Counted from the first letter of the stretch, positions 49,900-59,105 are shown. The stretch: DNA of 64,000 nucleotides from an uncultured Oscillospiraceae bacterium (GCA_900757655.1 CAAEOT010000026.1:20476-84475); one strand, 5' to 3'. The notes: generated by a model from the letters alone, not told the origin. Made by a program: numbers and translations.

Positions 49900-49972
49900 C
49901 TATGCATATTTTCCGGAAACGGAGCCTGTCTCCGCGGGCAACACTATTTTCAAAGGATAAGGTGAATCACGA

Positions 49973-51544
49973 ATGAGTGCATCCCAGGACAAGAAGCGCC
50001 GCACAGATGAGCGTGCGCTGGGCACGGAGCGCCGCCAGGTCGCCTCGCAGAAGGAAGCCAAAGAGCGCAAGCAAAGCAAGATCAAGTGGACGGTCGGCTC
50101 GATCATCGTCGTGCTGCTCGTTGCCGCGATTCTGATCGGCAACTCCAGCCTCTTTTACACCGCGCGCCCCGCGCTGCAGGTCGGCGATGTGAAGTATTCC
50201 TCGGCCGAGGTCAATTACGCCTACCGCACGGCCTACCTCTCGTTCTGCAACCAGTACGGCAACTATCTGACCTATGTCAAGCTGGACACCAGCAAGCCGC
50301 TCGATGAGCAGGAATGCGGCATCAGTGACGAGTTTGACACCTGGGACGATTATTTCCGGGACGCTGCCGAGAAGAATCTGGTGCAGGTCACGGCGCTGTG
50401 CGATGCCGCCGAGAAGGCCGGCGTCTCGCTCGACGAGGACGACCAGCACGAGGTCGATGAGCAGTTTTCCTACATCGAGCTCGCTGCCAAGCAGTATAAG
50501 TACAACTCCGTCAGCAAGTATCTCCAGGCGGCCTACGGCAACGGCGTGACCAAGAAGGTCGTGCGCCACATGCTCGAGATGAGCCAGCTTGCTACGAAGT
50601 ATTCGCAGCAGCAGTACGATAGCTACACCTACACGCCCGAGCAGATCGCAGCGAGCTACGCCGAGAAAAAGGACAGCTACGACACGTTCAGCTATCAGTA
50701 CTACTTCGTCCAGGCCGACACGGAAGATACCACGGACGACGACGGCAACACCTCTGCCAAGACCACGGACGCCACGATGGCGGCCGCCAAGGCCACGGCC
50801 GACAAGATCGCCGCTGCCACGCATGATGCGGACAGCTTCACTGCCGCCGTCACGGCAAACGTGCCCGCCAAGGAGTCCGAGGACGGCACGACCACTGCGC
50901 CGAGCGTCACGGACAATACCGACACCAAGGGCTCGGGCTTCAGCTCCGCCGTGTACGCCGACTGGCTCTACAGCGCCGACCGCCACGCCAATGACGTGAC
51001 CGTCGTGGAGCAGGAGAACAGCGGCTACTACGTCGTGCTCTTCGAGAGCCGCGATGATAATACCTATAATACCGTCAATGTCCGCCATATCCTCATCAAG
51101 GCCGAGGACAGCGACAGCGACGGCACGTATTCCGATGACGACAAGAAGAAGGCCAAGGACGCGATCGACGATGTCTATGAGCGCTGGACGCAGAGCGACC
51201 AGACCGAGGACGACTTCGCACAGCTGGCCAATTCCTTCAGCCAGGACAGCGGCTCGAACACCAAGGGCGGCCTGTATGAGAACGTCTACAAGGGCCAGAT
51301 GGTGCAGGAGTTCAACGATTTCTGCTTTGACCCCGCGCGCAAGCCGGGTGACGTGGGCATCGTCTTCAATGAGAGCGATTCCTACTGCGGCTACCACCTC
51401 GTGTACTACGTCGGTCAGGGCGAGCGCTACTGCGATTACCTTGGCGATCAGGCGCTGCGCACGGCGGACTTCAATGAATGGGAGAGCACGTTCTTCGACG
51501 GCTGGACCAGCACCGAGCTCAAGGGCATGAAGTACGTCGGATAA
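49973..51544 (+). CDS. PpiC-type (parvulin) peptidyl-prolyl cis-trans isomerase, membrane-anchored, PrsA/SurA-like foldase
   Basis: N-terminal TM (IIVVLLVAAILIG). Parvulin domain VNVRHILIK...GYHLVYYVG near the C-terminus. Long acidic linker. Confidence 0.75.
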   Translation: MSASQDKKRRTDERALGTERRQVASQKEAKERKQSKIKWTVGSIIVVLLVAAILIGNSSLFYTARPALQVGDVKYSSAEVNYAYRTAYLSFCNQYGNYLTYVKLDTSKPLDEQECGISDEFDTWDDYFRDAAEKNLVQVTALCDAAEKAGVSLDEDDQHEVDEQFSYIELAAKQYKYNSVSKYLQAAYGNGVTKKVVRHMLEMSQLATKYSQQQYDSYTYTPEQIAASYAEKKDSYDTFSYQYYFVQADTEDTTDDDGNTSAKTTDATMAAAKATADKIAAATHDADSFTAAVTANVPAKESEDGTTTAPSVTDNTDTKGSGFSSAVYADWLYSADRHANDVTVVEQENSGYYVVLFESRDDNTYNTVNVRHILIKAEDSDSDGTYSDDDKKKAKDAIDDVYERWTQSDQTEDDFAQLANSFSQDSGSNTKGGLYENVYKGQMVQEFNDFCFDPARKPGDVGIVFNESDSYCGYHLVYYVGQGERYCDYLGDQALRTADFNEWESTFFDGWTSTELKGMKYVG

Positions 51545-51615
51545 ATCAGACACACGTCAGAGCCGCCCGCCGGGCGGCTCTGTGTCTATCGCAAAGTGCG
51601 GACGCACCATGTTGA

Positions 51616-51667
51616 CAGAGCAGCGGGGGAGCTCGAGGGGGCGAAGCGCCCGCCTCGAATGAGATTC
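51616..51667 (+). repeat. Copy D of the recurrent GC-rich stem-loop element (followed by hairpins at 51672-51705 and 51710-51732 and a terminator-like hairpin at 51735-51761)
   Basis: ACAGAGCAGCGGGGGAGCTCGAGGGGGCGAAGCGCCCGCCTCG-AATGAGATTC. The flanking sequence GAGCCGCCCG occurs at both 51561 and 51726. Confidence 0.6.
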
Positions 51668-51784
51668 TATTCGTCAGGCATATTTGCTGTGCAAAATGCC
51701 TGACGGTGACGGCTTGCTCTCTGAGCAAGCCGGGAGCCGCCCGAACAGGACGGCTCTTTTTCAACTTTCCATGGAGGGGCAGAT

Positions 51785-51946
51785 ATGACCAGAACAAAAA
51801 CACAGCGCTACGACACGACCGTGCTCGATGCGCGCGCCCTTGCCGATGCGCTTGAGGCAGAGGCTAAGGCCGGCTGGGAGGTCGCGGAGGCGGGCTATGA
51901 CGGCACGGATTTCGTCGTGACCTTTGAGCGGGAGGGCGCGCTATGA
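51785..51946 (+). CDS. Small hypothetical protein (53 aa, possibly DUF4177-like), translationally coupled to tcdA
   Basis: GGAGGGG RBS. MTRTKTQRYDTTVLDARALADALEAEAKAGWEVAEAGYDGTDFVVTFEREGAL. Its stop overlaps the tcdA ATG (ATGA). Confidence 0.5.
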   Translation: MTRTKTQRYDTTVLDARALADALEAEAKAGWEVAEAGYDGTDFVVTFEREGAL

Positions 51947-52668
51947 CCGAGCAGACCATCCGCACGCAGATGCTCCTCGGCGAGGGCGCGCTCGCGCGCC
52001 TGCGGGGCAGCCGTGTGGCGGTGCTCGGTCTCGGCGGCGTGGGCAGCTGGTGTGCCGAGGCGCTGGCCCGCGCCGGCGTCGGTGCGCTCACGCTCGTGGA
52101 CGAGGACACCGTCAGCGAGAGCAACCTCAACCGCCAGTGCTGCGCGCTGCACTCTACGATCGGCCAGTCGAAGGCGGCCGTCATGGCCGCGCGTGTGCAC
52201 GACATTGACCCCACCATCGCCGTTGATGCGCGCACCGAGCGCTACGAGGCGGCGACGCGGGAGCGGTTTTTCAACACGGAGTATGATTACATCGCCGATT
52301 GCATTGATCTCGTGTCCTGTAAGGTGGATCTGATCCGTACCGCGCACGCGCGCGGCATTCCCATCGTGTCGGCGCTCGGCACTGGCAACAAGCTGGACGC
52401 GAGCCGGTTCGAGCTCTGCGACATCAGCCAAACGAGCGGCTGCCCGTTCGCGCGCGTCATCCGCCGCGAGCTGCGCAGCGCCGGCATCACGCACCACGCG
52501 GTCGTGTTCAGCCCTGAGCCCGCCATGACGCCCGAGGCGCTCTGCGCCCCGCCGCCGGGCCGGCGGAGCGTGCCCGGCTCGCTGCCGTGGGTGCCTGCGA
52601 GCGCGGGACTGCTCATGGCGCAGAAGATCGTGCTCGACCTGTGCGCGGTGCGGGAGGCACAGATATGA
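51943..52668 (+). CDS. tcdA: tRNA threonylcarbamoyladenosine dehydratase (ThiF/MoeB-family E1-like, TcdA/CsdL)
   Basis: LGLGGVGSWCAEALARAGVGALTLVDEDTVSESNLNRQ nucleotide-binding fold. 241 aa with no rhodanese domain. Confidence 0.75.
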   Translation: MTEQTIRTQMLLGEGALARLRGSRVAVLGLGGVGSWCAEALARAGVGALTLVDEDTVSESNLNRQCCALHSTIGQSKAAVMAARVHDIDPTIAVDARTERYEAATRERFFNTEYDYIADCIDLVSCKVDLIRTAHARGIPIVSALGTGNKLDASRFELCDISQTSGCPFARVIRRELRSAGITHHAVVFSPEPAMTPEALCAPPPGRRSVPGSLPWVPASAGLLMAQKIVLDLCAVREAQI

Positions 52669-53708
52669 AGCCTGTCTGGATCGTGCTGCTGTGCCTGCTG
52701 GGTGCGGCGGTGCTGACGGCGCTGGTGTGGCTGCTCGCGTGGTACATTGAGCAGCGCGTGCTGGCAAAGGCGCTCGGCCGCGTGCCGGAGGGGGCAGACG
52801 CCCAGGCCGTGTGGGAGCAGCACGTCCTGCGCAAGCAGGGCTGGACGGCCGACTCCGAGCAGGGCGGGGCGGCGCTCGCGCGTGCGCGCGCCGGTGTCGC
52901 GGCCATGCAGGAGCAGCCGCACGAGGATGTGTTCACCCCTGCGACCGACGGCACGCGTCTGCACGCGCGGCTCTACCGCGTGCCCCACGCCCACGCCACG
53001 GTCATCCTCTGCCACGGCTACCACAGCCACGCCGAGCATGATTTCAGCGCCCAGTTTCCGGCGCTGTACGCCTCCGGCGGCTGCAACCTGCTGCTCATCG
53101 ACGAGCGCGCGCACGGCCTGAGCGAGGGCAAGTGCCTCACGTTCGGCCAGCTCGAGCGCTATGACATTGCCCAGTGGGTGCACTGGGTGCGCGAGCACTC
53201 GCGCGTGCAGCGGCCCATCGCGCTCTACGGCGTGTCCATGGGCGCGGCGTCGGTGCTGCTGGCGGCGCAGCTCCCGGAGCTGAAGGGGGAGCTTGCCTGC
53301 GTCGTGGCCGACTGCGGCTACTCCAGCTTCGAGCTCGAGATCACGGACGCCGTGCGCCACGGCACGAATGCGCCGCGCTGGCTGCAAAAGCCGCTTGCGC
53401 GCATCTGCGTGCGCATCCTGCACCGCAATGGGCTGGACTTCGCAGCCGTCGATACCACGCCCGGCATGGCGGCGCTCGACCTGCCCATCCTGTTTTTCCA
53501 CGGCGATGCGGACACCTTTGTTCCCCTGCACCACAGCGAGCGCAATCTCGCTGCCTGCGGGCGTGAGCAGCGGCTCGTCGTCATCCCCGGCGCGGAGCAC
53601 GCCATGTCCGCGCAGGTCGACCCCGAGCGCTACCGGCACGAGCTGCTGGTCTTCCTGTGGCGCAATACGAACTACCTCTGGGCCGAGCGCGACAGGCCGC
53701 TCAAATGA
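52665..53708 (+). CDS. Alpha/beta hydrolase-fold protein with N-terminal TM anchor
   Basis: Trimmed to MKPVWIVLLCLLGAAVL... Nucleophile elbow GVSMGAAS, HGYHSH oxyanion region, C-terminal HGDADTFVP acid/His region. Start overlaps the tcdA stop. Confidence 0.7.
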   Translation: MKPVWIVLLCLLGAAVLTALVWLLAWYIEQRVLAKALGRVPEGADAQAVWEQHVLRKQGWTADSEQGGAALARARAGVAAMQEQPHEDVFTPATDGTRLHARLYRVPHAHATVILCHGYHSHAEHDFSAQFPALYASGGCNLLLIDERAHGLSEGKCLTFGQLERYDIAQWVHWVREHSRVQRPIALYGVSMGAASVLLAAQLPELKGELACVVADCGYSSFELEITDAVRHGTNAPRWLQKPLARICVRILHRNGLDFAAVDTTPGMAALDLPILFFHGDADTFVPLHHSERNLAACGREQRLVVIPGAEHAMSAQVDPERYRHELLVFLWRNTNYLWAERDRPLK

Positions 53709-53817
53709 GCGCGCGGGCCGAAGCAGCGCAAAAAGTGTGCGGTTCTGATGCAGTGATCCCCCCCCACCTGGAATGAGATTTTCTGTTATATTTGCAAGAT
53801 CTTCACCACTTAGACGC

Positions 53818-53852
53818 GAAAAAGCCGGATGTCTGTGACATCCGGCTTTTTT
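53818..53852. terminator. Bidirectional terminator between the hydrolase gene and the hexokinase gene
   Basis: AAAAAGCCGGATGTCTGTGACATCCGGCTTTTTT. Confidence 0.75.
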
Positions 53853-53862
53853 GTGCCTGGTT

Positions 53863-55278
53863 TCAGCCCTGCAGCAGGGACGCGGCGGCCGTGCCGATGG
53901 CGGAGGCGTTCGGTACGGGTTTGCACACGCAGTGGCGCTGGTGCTTCTGCACGAGAAACGCCTCGAGCTCTTTACTGACGGCCGGGCGCAGCAGCGTCGA
54001 GTAGCGAAACAGCGCCCCGTCCACCGCCACGACCATCGGGCGGTAGCGGTTTTTCGCGCCGTCGGTCAGAAAGACGATGGCCGCGATGTTTGCAACGATG
54101 GCCTTTGCCGCGCGGCCGAACACGCCCTGAATGACCATGGCGGCGGTCTTGCGGTCGGCTTCCGCGGCAGCGGCCAGCGCTGCGATGGCACCGCAGTCCG
54201 GGTCCGCGCCGAAGGCGTCCGCGTCGGCGGCGCTCAGCGTGTCGAGCGCGCAGAGCTTGTCCGCTGTCTCGGGCGCGAACAGGCCGTCGTTTGCTGCGGC
54301 GATGAGCGCCAGACGGCTGAGCTCGCCGAGGTAGCGGCCGCTCGTCATCTTCTCGAACCGGTACGCACCCGGTGCGGCCGAGGCCGCGTCGAGCGCCTTG
54401 TCAAACGCGCTCTGCGGCACGTCGGTGAACGAGCCGGACTCGAGGTTGACAAGCATCTCGCCGTCAGCGTCGCGGCCAAGCTTTTCAATCGCGCGCACCG
54501 GCAGCAGGCAGCACGTGTTCGTGCCCGTGCCGTTGACGAGCCCGGCAAAGCCGTTGGCATAGTTGTTGGCGATGGTGGTCGAGCCGCTCAGGTACGTGGC
54601 CGGGGTGTCGTTGATGACCACGATGGGCAGCTTCGTGCAGCCGCGGCGTTCGAGCTCCTCGGCCAGATCCGCGCCCACGAGGTGGTCCTCCCACCCGGTC
54701 AGCTGTACCTCTTTGGTCATGCCGAGCACCTTCGCGTCCAGCTCTGGCGTGTTCTCCGCCGGGTAGCTGAAGCAGACGCCGATCTGCGTGACCCGGTCGA
54801 GCAGCGGCTCAAGCGCGTCGGCCGCCAGCCGGATGAAGTCCATCCAGTCGGCGTCCTGCTCCGAGCCGGGCATGGGCAGCGTGCGCTCGTCCTCCAGGAT
54901 GGGCTGGCCGAACTCGTAGTGCACGGTGGCGACGCGGAAGTTCGTGCCGCCGGCGTCAATGACGGCGACGCGCTTGTCCTTCGGCGCGGTGATGTGGCCA
55001 TGCGGCGCGAGGTAGGCCGGCAGCATTGGCAGGCCGCCCGCCTCGCCGCGCAGGCCGCGCTGCATCGCGGCGAGCATGGCGTCGGTGAGCGCTTGCGTGT
55101 CGAGCTGGCCGGGCGCGGCGTCGTACTTGCGCAGGAAGGCGAGCACGCGCGCATCGATGTGGATCGCGGGCACGGGCTCGTCCTGCGCCGGTGCGGCGAA
55201 GGGGAACGGGGCGCGCGGCGCAGCCGGTGCCTCCGGTGTCGGGGCTGGCTTGTTTTTCTTCAAAAATGGAAACTTCAT
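53863..55278 (-). CDS. Hexokinase-family sugar kinase with Pro/Ala-rich N-terminal extension
   Basis: Hexokinase signatures VIDAGGTNFRV, CFSYPAENT, GTGTN and EKMTSGRYLGE. Confidence 0.75.
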   Translation of the reverse strand: MKFPFLKKNKPAPTPEAPAAPRAPFPFAAPAQDEPVPAIHIDARVLAFLRKYDAAPGQLDTQALTDAMLAAMQRGLRGEAGGLPMLPAYLAPHGHITAPKDKRVAVIDAGGTNFRVATVHYEFGQPILEDERTLPMPGSEQDADWMDFIRLAADALEPLLDRVTQIGVCFSYPAENTPELDAKVLGMTKEVQLTGWEDHLVGADLAEELERRGCTKLPIVVINDTPATYLSGSTTIANNYANGFAGLVNGTGTNTCCLLPVRAIEKLGRDADGEMLVNLESGSFTDVPQSAFDKALDAASAAPGAYRFEKMTSGRYLGELSRLALIAAANDGLFAPETADKLCALDTLSAADADAFGADPDCGAIAALAAAAEADRKTAAMVIQGVFGRAAKAIVANIAAIVFLTDGAKNRYRPMVVAVDGALFRYSTLLRPAVSKELEAFLVQKHQRHCVCKPVPNASAIGTAAASLLQG

Positions 55279-55301
55279 ATGTGTTCTCTCTTTCTTACCG
55301 A

Positions 55302-55335
55302 AAACCCCGCGCCGGGCCCGGCGCGGGGTCGGTGT
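55302..55335 (-). terminator. Intrinsic terminator downstream of the NfeD-SPFH operon
   Basis: On the plus strand AAAACCCCGCGCCGGGCCCGGCGCGGGGTCGG. Confidence 0.6.
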
Positions 55336-55350
55336 AAATTCGGCCGGTGA

Positions 55351-56250
55351 TCAGGCGTTCGGAGCTTCACCCTTGACGCTCTCGACCAGACCGGCCGCCA
55401 GCGCGGCAACGCCCTGGATCTCGGACGGGATGATGATCTTCGTCGCACGGCCGTCGGCGGCGGCGGCGAAGGCCTCGAGACTCTTGAGCTTGATGACGGC
55501 GTCGGACGGCATGGACTCGTTGATGAGCCGGATGCCCTCGGCGGTCGCACGCTGCACGGTCAGAATGGCTTCGGCACGGCCCTGCGCCTCGAGGATCTGC
55601 TCCTGCTTTTTCGCATCGGCGCGCAGGATGGCCGATTCCTTCTCACCCTCGGCCGTGAGGATGGCGGAGCGCTTCTCGCCCTCGGCGCGCAGGATGGCCT
55701 CGCGGCGTTCGCGCTCGGCCTTCATCTGCTTTTCCATCGCGCTCTGGATCTCCTTGGGCGGGAGAATGTTCTTGAGCTCCACGCGGTTGACCTTGATGCC
55801 CCAGGGGTCGGTGGCCTCGTCGAGGATCTGGCGCATCTTGGTGTTGACGATGTCGCGGCTGGTCAGGCACTGGTCGAGCTCAAGGTCGCCGATGAGGTTG
55901 CGCAGCGTCGTGGCCGAGAGATTCTCGATCGCGAGGATCGGCTGCTCGATACCGTAGGTGTAGAGCTTCGGGTCGGTGATCTGGTAGTAGACGACGGTGT
56001 CGATCTGCATGGTGACGTTGTCCTTCGTGATGACGGGCTGCGGCGGGAAGTCCGCGACCTGCTCCTTGAGCGACAGACGCTTGGCGACCGACTCGATGAA
56101 CGGGATCTTCAGGTGCAGTCCGACGCCCCACGTGGTCTTGTAGGCGCCGAGGCGGGTGATGACATAGGCCTGTGCCTGCGGGACGATGCGGATGTTGCGC
56201 ACGAGGATGATGAGCGCGATCAGAATGATTCCGTAGAGAACGTATGGCAT
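55351..56250 (-). CDS. SPFH/band 7 (stomatin/prohibitin-like) membrane protein
   Basis: N-terminal TM. PHB domain with charged repeats EAILRAEGEKRSAILTAEGEKESAILRADAKKQ. Confidence 0.85.
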   Translation of the reverse strand: MPYVLYGIILIALIILVRNIRIVPQAQAYVITRLGAYKTTWGVGLHLKIPFIESVAKRLSLKEQVADFPPQPVITKDNVTMQIDTVVYYQITDPKLYTYGIEQPILAIENLSATTLRNLIGDLELDQCLTSRDIVNTKMRQILDEATDPWGIKVNRVELKNILPPKEIQSAMEKQMKAERERREAILRAEGEKRSAILTAEGEKESAILRADAKKQEQILEAQGRAEAILTVQRATAEGIRLINESMPSDAVIKLKSLEAFAAAADGRATKIIIPSEIQGVAALAAGLVESVKGEAPNA

Positions 56251-56262
56251 GGTGATTCCTCC

Positions 56263-56736
56263 TTATTCTTTTGCGCCCGCGGTCACGCAGGCGGGTGTGA
56301 CGATGAGCTTGACGCCCTCGATGCGCAGCACAGTGGCGGCGGTCCCGGCGGGGATGGGGACATCGCCCTCCGAGCGCGCGGTCCAGATTTTGCCGCCGAC
56401 GGTGACGGCGCCGCGGCCGGTCAGGTTGTCGATGTCCTCCGTGACGAGACATTCCTGCCCGATGAGCATATCGGCGTTCGTGGGCTGGGTGCGGCTGTTG
56501 ATATATTTTTTCACCAGCGGGCGCGTCACGGCGAAGGCCGCGATCGACACGGCGAAAAACCACACGAGCTGCAGCCACAGCGGCGCGTGGAACATGGCGG
56601 CGATGAGCGCGGCGAGCGCGCCCACGGCAAACCAGATCGTGACCAGACCGGCGGTCAGGCCCTCGATGATCAGAAAGATCACGATCAGGCCGATCCAGAT
56701 GGCCGGCATAGTGAAGGGGATCCCGGCGATGACCAT
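56263..56736 (-). CDS. NfeD-family membrane protein (short form; partner of the SPFH protein)
   Basis: Trimmed to the ATG at 56736 (GAGGAGG RBS). 3 TM helices plus a C-terminal OB-fold beta domain. Operon with the SPFH gene. Confidence 0.75.
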   Translation of the reverse strand: MVIAGIPFTMPAIWIGLIVIFLIIEGLTAGLVTIWFAVGALAALIAAMFHAPLWLQLVWFFAVSIAAFAVTRPLVKKYINSRTQPTNADMLIGQECLVTEDIDNLTGRGAVTVGGKIWTARSEGDVPIPAGTAATVLRIEGVKLIVTPACVTAGAKE

Positions 56737-56892
56737 AGACAAAACCTCCTCTTGCAATGGACGGTGGGTTGCTTGCGGCAGCGGTTTGCTACAGAAATAT
56801 CATACCTGATTTATCGTATAAAAGCAAGCAAAACACCTGTAATTCCGGCGTATGAAATTTCCGGACAGTTTTCCTCTTTACTTTCCTAAACA

Positions 56893-56921
56893 ATTAGAGT
56901 AGAATGAGATTCGTGAAAGCA
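56893..56921 (+). promoter_or_regulatory. sigma-70-like promoter for the yerC-like gene (TTTACT-17-TAGAAT)
   Basis: TTTACT, a 17-nt spacer, TAGAAT. The -10 is followed by GAGATTC, matching the tail of the recurrent element. Confidence 0.35.
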
Positions 56922-56965
56922 TGTATTTCAGCATCCATATATCTGATGAGAAATAAGGAGCGCAT

Positions 56966-57283
56966 ATGAATAAACAGCATAAAAAACCGCGCTGCGATGA
57001 CATGTACCGTGCCATCCTGACGCTCAAGACGGTCGAGGAGTGCAAGCAGTTTTTCGATGACCTGTGCACGGTCACGGAGCTGCAGGCCATGGAGCAGCGC
57101 TATCAGGTGGCGCAGTATCTGGACGCGGGCCTGATCTACAACGACATTCTCGAAAAGACCGGCGCCTCGAGCGCGACGATCAGCCGCGTCAACCGCAGCC
57201 TGCAGTACGGCGACGGCGGGTATGAGATCGTGTTCGGCCGGCTCAAGGAGCAGGCGGCGGAATCCTCGGAGGAGCAGGCGTGA
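56966..57283 (+). CDS. YerC/YecD-family TrpR-like DNA-binding protein
   Basis: AILTLKTVEECKQFFDDLCTVTELQAMEQRYQVAQYLDAGLIYNDILEKTGASSATISRVNR is the TrpR-like YerC signature. Confidence 0.75.
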   Translation: MNKQHKKPRCDDMYRAILTLKTVEECKQFFDDLCTVTELQAMEQRYQVAQYLDAGLIYNDILEKTGASSATISRVNRSLQYGDGGYEIVFGRLKEQAAESSEEQA

Positions 57284-58029
57284 GCGCTTACGGCGCCCTT
57301 GCCGCGTGGTACGATGCGCTGACCCGCGATGTGGATTATGCCGCGTTCGCGGACTTTTATGAGCAGTGTTTCCAGCAGGGGCGCGGCGAGAGCCATACCC
57401 TGCTGGATTTTTGCTGCGGCACCGGCACGCTCACGCGCCTGATGGCCGCGCGCGGGTATGAGATGATCGCGACCGACGGCTCACCCGATATGCTCATGCA
57501 GGCGCAGGCGCACAATGCCGACCTGCCTGCGGACGCGATCCCGCCGCTGCTGCTGTGCCAGGAGGCATCGGAGCTCGACCTTTACGGCACGGTCGACGCG
57601 GCCTACTGCTCGCTCGACGGGATCGACTATCTGCCGCCGGAGGAGCTGCCGGAGGTGCTGCATCGGCTGCACCTGTTCGTGCGCCCGGGCGGGATGCTCA
57701 TTGTGGACATCCGCGATCCGGTATCGTTCCGCACGCTCGACGGCGGCACGTTCGTCGACGAGACGGACGATGTTCTGTGCCTCTGGCGGGCGGAGTTTGA
57801 CGCGGCGGCCCAGACCATGCACTACGGCATGGATCTGTTCACGCGCGCGGGCGAGCTCTGGTCGCGCGCATCGGAGGAGCATATTGAGTATGCGCACACG
57901 CCGGAGCGGCTCGCGGAGTTGCTCACGCAGGCGGGCTTTCTGGACGTGACCGTCCGGCGCGACGGCCCGCAGGCGGACGCCGGTCGCATTTTCCTCACGG
58001 CGATGCGCAGCCTGGAATACGGGACCTGA
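57280..58029 (+). CDS. Class I SAM-dependent methyltransferase
   Basis: Motif I LDFCCGTGTLT. 4-nt overlap with the yerC-like gene. Confidence 0.75.
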   Translation: MSAYGALAAWYDALTRDVDYAAFADFYEQCFQQGRGESHTLLDFCCGTGTLTRLMAARGYEMIATDGSPDMLMQAQAHNADLPADAIPPLLLCQEASELDLYGTVDAAYCSLDGIDYLPPEELPEVLHRLHLFVRPGGMLIVDIRDPVSFRTLDGGTFVDETDDVLCLWRAEFDAAAQTMHYGMDLFTRAGELWSRASEEHIEYAHTPERLAELLTQAGFLDVTVRRDGPQADAGRIFLTAMRSLEYGT

Positions 58030-58101
58030 ACCGCGGGGAATATCCTGCTGTGAGAAAACGCAGTTACACACTACATTTCAAAGATTTCTGAGGTGAAAAC
58101 G

Positions 58102-58995
58102 ATGGATGAGATCATCCGCGCCGTCTCGAAGGACGGTTTTGTGAAAATTTCGGTCGTCACCGCGCGCGACGCGGTGCAGCGCGCCAATGCCATCCACCAC
58201 TGCAGCCCGACGGCGATCGCCGCCCTCGGCCGCAGCCTGTGCGCGGCGTCGATGCTCGGCGACCTGCTCAAGGAGGAAAACGGCACGCTCACGCTGCGCA
58301 TCAGCGGCGGCGGGGGCCTCGGCACCATTATTGCCGTGTCGGACAGTGATGGCAATGTGCGCGGCATGGTCTCGAACCCCGCGTTCGACCTGCCCACGCG
58401 CCCGGATGGCAAGCTCGATGTCGGCGGCGCCGTCGGCAGGGACGGCATGCTCACCGTCAGCCGCGACATCGGTCTGCGTGAGCCGTATGTCGGCAGCACG
58501 GAACTCGTCAGCGGCGAGATCGCGGAGGATCTGTCCGCCTATCTCGTCGAGAGCGAGCAGATCCCCGCGGCCTGCGGCCTCGGCGTGCTCGTCGATACCG
58601 ACCACAGCGTCAAGGCAGCCGGCGGCTTTCTCGTGCAGCTCATGCCCGGCGCGCCGGAGGAGCTGATCGCAAAGCTCGAGGACAACATTTTTATGATGGA
58701 TCAGCTCACGACTATCCTTGACGAGGACGGGGCGGACGCCATCCTTCCGCAGGTCATGCGCGGTCTCGAGCCCGAGATCGTCCTGCGCCACCCGATGGCC
58801 TATCGCTGCGCGTGCTCGCGTGCGCGCGTGGAGCAGGCGCTGCGCCAGTGCGGCGCGCAGGAGCTGCAGGACATGATCGCCGAGGGCAAAGACACGCAGG
58901 TGCACTGCCAGTTCTGCGACGCGGAGTATGTTTTCACCCCGGCGCAGCTGCAGACGCTGCTCGATACCGAAAACGCTGACGCCGCAGCGGATTGA
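58102..58995 (+). CDS. hslO: Redox-regulated chaperone Hsp33
   Basis: Start MDEIIRAVSKDGFVKI (GAGGTG RBS). C-terminal zinc centre CACSR...CQFCDAEY. Confidence 0.9.
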   Translation: MDEIIRAVSKDGFVKISVVTARDAVQRANAIHHCSPTAIAALGRSLCAASMLGDLLKEENGTLTLRISGGGGLGTIIAVSDSDGNVRGMVSNPAFDLPTRPDGKLDVGGAVGRDGMLTVSRDIGLREPYVGSTELVSGEIAEDLSAYLVESEQIPAACGLGVLVDTDHSVKAAGGFLVQLMPGAPEELIAKLEDNIFMMDQLTTILDEDGADAILPQVMRGLEPEIVLRHPMAYRCACSRARVEQALRQCGAQELQDMIAEGKDTQVHCQFCDAEYVFTPAQLQTLLDTENADAAAD

Positions 58996-59060
58996 CCGAG
59001 TTCGGGGCGGCACCGCCGCCCCGAAAATGTACATTTGCCGAAAAAATTACCGAAAATCCC

Positions 59061-59089
59061 TTGACAATTTTTTTGGCGTCTTGTATAAT
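59061..59089 (+). promoter_or_regulatory. Perfect-consensus sigma-70 promoter (TTGACA-17-TATAAT) driving the tRNA cluster
   Basis: TTGACA at 59061-59066 and TATAAT at 59084-59089. Confidence 0.65.
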
Positions 59090-59105
59090 GAGCAAGCTGC
59101 GAAAC

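Noticed and set aside
56912-56925. GAATGAGATT tails (53783, 56917) as additional full copies of the recurrent element
   Set aside because: Only the AT-rich tail matches and the GC stem-loop core is absent. At 56917 it coincides with the -10 region of the yerC-like gene promoter. I therefore treat them as possible remnants or coincidence and did not count them as copies.
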